Source: an uncultured Geminicoccaceae bacterium (GTDB lineage: Bacteria; Pseudomonadota; Alphaproteobacteria; Geminicoccales; Geminicoccaceae). From it: 47,235 nucleotides of DNA. The position numbers were made by a program, and so were the translations under genes. The DNA is taken from NCBI GenBank assembly GCA_964502115.1, contig CAZCVH010000001.1, positions 1 through 47,235 of the forward strand, read 5' to 3'. Shown here piece after piece: positions 38,833 to 47,235 of the stretch (position 1 is its first letter; every line of letters begins with the position of its first letter). The notes below the pieces were generated by a model. The model was not told the origin of the DNA. It did no database searches and worked only from the letters and a program-made list of their open reading frames with translations.

Positions 38833-38900
38833 GCGCGGGTCTTGCGTCCGGCCGCCGACTGTGGCCCCTGAGCGTCGAGGATCGATGGAGGAACGACCGC

Positions 38901-39434
38901 ATGCGCTTTTCCGCCCGGCTGCTCGGACCGCTGTTGGCCCTCGGCCTCGCCACGGCCGCCACGGCCCAGCAGGCCGAGGAGATACTGATCCTCGAGCTCG
39001 AGACCGGGTCCGTCACCATCGAGCTGTTGGGCGAGACGGCGCCGAACCACGTCGAGCGGATCAAAACGCTCGCGCGCGAGGGCTTCTACGACGGCATCAT
39101 CTTCCACCGGGTGATCCCGGGCTTCATGGCGCAGACGGGCGATCCCACCGGCACCGGCCGCGGCGGCTCGGAGCTGCCCGACCTCGACGCCGAGTTCTCC
39201 GATGTCCCGTTCGAGCGCGGCACGGTCGGCATGGCTCGCAGCTCCGACCCGAACAGCGCCAACAGCCAGTTCTTCATCATGTTCGACGCCGCCCCGCATC
39301 TGAACGGCGAGTACACGGTGTGGGGCCAGGTCGTGGACGGCATGGACGACGTCGACGCGATCGAGCCCGGCCAGCCGCCGGAAGACCCGACCGAGATCGT
39401 CTCGATGCGCGTCGCCGCCGACGTGGAGGGGTGA
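38901..39434 (+). CDS. ppiA: Peptidylprolyl isomerase, cyclophilin type, secreted
   Basis: Signal peptide MRFSARLLGPLLALGLATAATAQQ, then the cyclophilin core FHRVIPGFMAQTGDPTGTGRGGS...NSANSQFFI. GGAGGA lies 8 nt upstream of the ATG at 38901. Confidence 0.9.
   Translation: MRFSARLLGPLLALGLATAATAQQAEEILILELETGSVTIELLGETAPNHVERIKTLAREGFYDGIIFHRVIPGFMAQTGDPTGTGRGGSELPDLDAEFSDVPFERGTVGMARSSDPNSANSQFFIMFDAAPHLNGEYTVWGQVVDGMDDVDAIEPGQPPEDPTEIVSMRVAADVEG
39075..39166 (+). repeat. Near-identical 92-nt tract shared with ppiB (copy 1)
   Basis: Hand alignment to 39944-40035 gives 89 of 92 nt identical. The three mismatches are atc/gtc, atc/acc and acg/tcg. Confidence 0.85.
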
Positions 39435-39502
39435 CGGGCGAGCGTCGGCCCACGCTCGACGCGGCGAGGCGAGCGGCCTAAGCTTTCGACAGGGATGAAC
39501 CC

Positions 39503-39757
39503 ATGGCCGAACCTGTCACCAACGAACGGCTCTACGAGGTCTTGAAGTCGCTGCAAGAGGGCGAGACCCAGCTGCGACGTGAACTCGGCGAGATCCGCGC
39601 CGAGATGCGGAGCACGGACGATCATCTCGCGACATTCTCGTCGAGCTCCGCCGTAATCGTTGGCGACGGGGTGCGTCGCGCCGATCAGCCGGCCGATTTC
39701 GGCGCACGCGTCGAGCGGATCGAGTGCCGGCCGGAACGCACCGCCCCCTCGATCTGA
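39503..39757 (+). CDS. Hypothetical small protein (84 aa) between the cyclophilin paralogs
   Basis: MAEPVTNERLYEVLKSLQEGETQLRRELGEIRAEMRSTDDHL..., with a coiled-coil-like N-terminus. By my count, 17 of 84 sense codons end in A/T, more than I noticed by eye in neighbouring genes but still coding-like. The RBS is weak (AGGGA). I recognise no family. Confidence 0.3.
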   Translation: MAEPVTNERLYEVLKSLQEGETQLRRELGEIRAEMRSTDDHLATFSSSSAVIVGDGVRRADQPADFGARVERIECRPERTAPSI

Positions 39758-39770
39758 TCACACCTCCGGC

Positions 39771-39794
39771 CGTCATCGGCGCGCGCGGATGACG
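39771..39794 (+). terminator. Near-perfect 24-nt palindrome / GC-rich hairpin after the small ORF
   Basis: CGTCATCGGCGC|GCGCGGATGACG has one mismatch from perfect dyad symmetry. It starts 14 nt after the stop at 39757 and is followed by ATACCCTTGCTTCC. There is no strong U-tract. Confidence 0.3.
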
Positions 39795-39826
39795 ATACCC
39801 TTGCTTCCACGCTGCAGGAGACCGCC

Positions 39827-40303
39827 TTGGCCGACCTCGACCCCGAGAACACCCTATACCTCGACCTCGCCCACGGCCGGGTCGTGATCCAGCTGATGGC
39901 CGAGAGCGCGCCGAACCACGTCGCCCGCATCAAGGAGCTCGCCCGCGAGGGCTTCTACGACGGCGTCACCTTCCACCGGGTGATCCCGGGCTTCATGGCG
40001 CAGTCGGGCGATCCCACCGGCACCGGCCGCGGCGGGTCCGAGAAGCCGAACCTGAAGGCCGAGTTCTCCAAGCTGCCGTTCGAGCGCGGCACCTGCGGGG
40101 CGGCGCGCACCGCCGACCCCAACAGCGCCAATAGCCAGTGGTTCATCTGCTTTCAATCGGCACCGCACCTGAAGGGCCAGTACACCGTCTGGGGCCAGGT
40201 GAGGTCCGGCATGGAGCACGTCGACGCCATCCAAGAGGGCGAGCCGCCGGCGAACCCGGACAAGATCCAGGCGATGCGCGTCGCCGCGGACGTCGAGGGC
40301 TGA
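39827..40303 (+). CDS. ppiB: Peptidylprolyl isomerase, cyclophilin type, cytoplasmic
   Basis: No signal peptide. FHRVIPGFMAQSGDPTGTGRGGS...NSANSQWFI. The TTG start is preceded by AGGAG at a 6-nt spacing. Confidence 0.9.
   Translation: MADLDPENTLYLDLAHGRVVIQLMAESAPNHVARIKELAREGFYDGVTFHRVIPGFMAQSGDPTGTGRGGSEKPNLKAEFSKLPFERGTCGAARTADPNSANSQWFICFQSAPHLKGQYTVWGQVRSGMEHVDAIQEGEPPANPDKIQAMRVAADVEG
39944..40035 (+). repeat. Near-identical 92-nt tract shared with ppiA (copy 2)
   Basis: See copy 1 (39075-39166): 89 of 92 nt identical. Confidence 0.85.
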
Positions 40304-40313
40304 GCGCCGGGCG

Positions 40314-42197
<1,884 letters not shown>

Positions 42198-42317
42198 GTC
42201 GTCGCACCAAATGACGCTTGACGTCCGGCTTCCACACCTTGACGACGATATGTTACAGAGCTGTTGCAGCGCAGCAAGAGCACGGGTGAACCCGTGCCCG
42301 ACCGTTGGAGGTCTCCG

Positions 42318-42980
42318 GTGAAGAACCCGTTTTTCGACGTGATGCGTCAGCCGATGTCGTCCCCTCAACAACTGATGAAGCTGTTGCAGGACCAGCAGCT
42401 CGACACGGTGCAGACGAGCGTGAGGGCGCTCGGCTGCCGCGATCCGATGACGCTGGTGTCGCTACAGCAGGAATACGTCAATCGGATGCTGCAGCGCTGG
42501 ACCAAGATTGCGGCCGAGACGACGGCGGAGGCCGAAACTTGGCACTCGCCCGCGGCCGACATGCCGCACCCGGAGCCGCGCCCGGTCGAACCGACGCCGA
42601 GCACGAAGAAGAAGGCGGAATCGGACATCGACGCGCCGCCGCCGGCGACCGCCGCGCCGGCTCCGGCCAACGACCCGGCGAAAGAGCCGCCGCACAGCGC
42701 CATCCACGACGCCGCCGAAAAGGCGACGAGCGAGGTCCACCAGCCCGAGACCGCGGCGGCCACGCCCGCCCCGGAGACCGGCGACGACGACCTCACCCAG
42801 ATCCGGGGCATCGGGCCGAAATTCGCCCAGACGCTCAAGGACCACGGCATCACGAGCTATCGAAAGCTCGCCGGCCTGACGGCGCAGGAGATCGAGGAGC
42901 TCGAAGAAAAGCTCGGCTTCAGCGGGCGTTTCGAGCGCGAGAACTGGATCGAGCAGGCGCGCGCACTGCTCGCGCACTGA
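42318..42980 (+). CDS. Hypothetical protein: helical N-domain (possibly phasin-like), Pro/Ala-rich linker, C-terminal helix-hairpin-helix domain
   Basis: GTG at 42318 lies 6 nt after GGAGG. The C-terminus reads DDLTQIRGIGPKFAQTLKDHGITSYRKLAGLTAQEIEELEEKLGFSGRFERENWIEQARALL. This resembles the HhH-type module (GIGPK...) that I recall as a C-terminal extension of several alphaproteobacterial proteins. The N-terminal family assignment is uncertain. Confidence 0.6.
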   Translation: MKNPFFDVMRQPMSSPQQLMKLLQDQQLDTVQTSVRALGCRDPMTLVSLQQEYVNRMLQRWTKIAAETTAEAETWHSPAADMPHPEPRPVEPTPSTKKKAESDIDAPPPATAAPAPANDPAKEPPHSAIHDAAEKATSEVHQPETAAATPAPETGDDDLTQIRGIGPKFAQTLKDHGITSYRKLAGLTAQEIEELEEKLGFSGRFERENWIEQARALLAH

Positions 42981-43007
42981 GGGCTGCTTGAAGAGCGCCG
43001 GTCGGCC

Positions 43008-43811
43008 TCAGTAGCGGTACTCGCGGCAGCGCGCCTCCGGCGCGCGCTCGGCGCACACGCGCTTGGTGTAGAGCGCGGCGGTGAGATCGCCCATGACTTC
43101 GGTCCGCAGCACCAGCGGCACCAGGACGTCGTCGTCGCTCATCAACACCGTGATCGGGCGGGGGGCGTCGGACTCGTCGTCGAAGCCGGCGAGCGGCTCG
43201 CTCTCGAGCCGGACCTCCAAGACGGGCGTCGGCCCGCTGGCGAACTCGGCGACGCGGCGGTCCCTCAAGGTGATGTGGAGGTCGTAGCGTCGGCGGCCGT
43301 CGAAGATCGCGACGGTGGTCTCGGCGGGTGGGTCGTCGCGGACCTCGACGAGCCACTGGCGCACGGCGGCGAGCGCGGTCAGCGGATCCACGGTCCCCTC
43401 CCGCATCGCCACGGGCACCTCGGTGCCGCGCGGCTTGCCGCGCTTGAAGGTCGCGACCTCGATGACCCCGCCTTCGCCGTCATAGCGCAGTTGAACCTCG
43501 CGCGTGGCTCGATCGGTCTCGGTGAAGCTGCGGAAGTCGAGCGTCGCCGGTGGCCCGTCGTGGACACGCGAGCGCGCGGTGAGTTCGCCCTTGAAGCCGG
43601 TGAGGCGCTCGACCAGCCCGGTGGTGGCCATCGCCAGCCGCTGGTCACGCGTGTCGCCGTTCTCCGCCGCCTCCAGCTCGATCCGGCCGACCTTCATGCC
43701 GAGAAAGCGCATCTCGGCTTCGAGGTGGTAAGCCTCGGTTCGGGCCACCGATGCGCCGCCGCCGAGCGCCGCTACGGCGAGCGCGATGAAACCGGCGACG
43801 ACGCTGCGCAT
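43008..43811 (-). CDS. DUF3108 domain-containing secreted protein
   Basis: Signal peptide MRSVVAGFIALAVAALGGGASVA, then YHLEAEMRFLGMKVGRIELEA..., ...FDGRRRYDL.... The pattern is as I recall for DUF3108. The ATG at 43811 is preceded by GGAAGGA. The track ORF extends further upstream. Confidence 0.6.
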   Translation of the reverse strand: MRSVVAGFIALAVAALGGGASVARTEAYHLEAEMRFLGMKVGRIELEAAENGDTRDQRLAMATTGLVERLTGFKGELTARSRVHDGPPATLDFRSFTETDRATREVQLRYDGEGGVIEVATFKRGKPRGTEVPVAMREGTVDPLTALAAVRQWLVEVRDDPPAETTVAIFDGRRRYDLHITLRDRRVAEFASGPTPVLEVRLESEPLAGFDDESDAPRPITVLMSDDDVLVPLVLRTEVMGDLTAALYTKRVCAERAPEARCREYRY

Positions 43812-43862
43812 GATCGAGATTCCTTCCGGGCAAGGGTGAGCGAGCCGTGGCGCGGCGGCATT

Positions 43863-43877
43863 GAACCGGCCGTGAAC
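43863..43877 (+). promoter_or_regulatory. Candidate alphaproteobacterial LexA (SOS) box GAAC-N7-GAAC upstream of uvrA
   Basis: GAACcggccgtGAAC at 43863-43877, about 83 nt upstream of the uvrA ATG (43960). It lies in the DUF3108/uvrA divergent intergenic region. Confidence 0.5.
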
Positions 43878-43959
43878 GCCCTCGCGTTGGACCCTGGCCC
43901 CGACCCGACCCCTGCGCCATATTGATCGGACGGCGAAGACGCAGCTACCGGCAGGGCGC

Positions 43960-46811
<2,852 letters not shown>

Positions 46812-46815
<4 letters not shown>

Positions 46816-47235
46816 CGACGCCGCTGGCCGTGGAGGTTTGGCGCGGGCCCGCCGTGGAGAGCCGGCACCGCGTCGCCGTGGCCGTCGCCGAGAGTGGAGG
46901 GCGCGCCACCGCGCGGGTGGGCGACGCCGAGGTGCCCGTGTTTCCGCGCTCGGCGATCAAGCCGATCCAGGCGGTGCCGCTGGTGGAGATCGGCGCCGCC
47001 GACGCCTTCGCGCTCGGCGATGCCGAGCTGGCGCTCGCCTGCGCCTCGCACTCGGGCGAGCCGATACACACCGAGCGCGTGGCGGCGTGGCTCGCGCGCA
47101 CAGGTCTCGCCGAGGCGGACCTCGCCTGCGGCGCCCACGCCCCGCTCGACCGCGACGCCGCCCGCGAGTTGCGTCGCGCAGGCGGGGTGCCGACGCCGGT
47201 GCACAACAACTGCTCCGGCAAGCACACCGGCATGC
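46812..47235 (+). CDS. Asparaginase family protein (asparaginase_II, PF06089-like), 3'-truncated by the window end
   Basis: [25 protein letters not shown]...[16 protein letters not shown]...[14 protein letters not shown]...LACGAH.P...[10 protein letters not shown]. The ATG overlaps the uvrA stop (ATGA). This ORF is not in the track because it has no stop within the window. Confidence 0.75.

Overview
This is a very GC-rich, tightly packed bacterial chromosomal segment. It looks alphaproteobacterial, based on a plant-type gshA, a HIG1-type twin-TM protein, a PduO-etfB-etfA-hbd block and a GAAC-N7-GAAC SOS box. I call about 48 protein genes, one broken gene and one tRNA. Most are core housekeeping genes in classic syntenies: uvrC-pgsA-moaD-moaE; tRNA-Leu/tig-clpP-clpX; a CaCA antiporter and guaA; thpR; yfgM-like-bamB-der; cobT/cobS-cobA; gshA; lolA; an MFP-RND efflux pair; ppiA/ppiB; an ABC-F ATPase; and uvrA. 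I saw no transposase, integrase, CRISPR array, or recognisable defence or toxin-antitoxin module, so I cannot point to a convincing novel multi-gene system. The first 45 nt are an Illumina TruSeq adapter, not biology. The most interesting items are: (1) a translationally coupled ATP-grasp ligase / CocE-NonD hydrolase pair downstream of osmC; (2) an orphan ParA-like ATPase start-stop coupled to a GhrA-like dehydrogenase; (3) a NifX/NifB-fold protein with a natural His6-Asp5 N-terminus; (4) a ~390-bp insert between the two cyclophilin paralogs, with a small ORF and a palindromic hairpin, plus a near-identical 92-nt tract shared by the paralogs; (5) a PLP enzyme split over three frames; (6) a candidate LexA box upstream of uvrA; (7) a protein with a C-terminal helix-hairpin-helix module. 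All coordinates were anchored to the supplied ORF track by codon counting. Product calls rest on motif recognition by eye, not on database searches.
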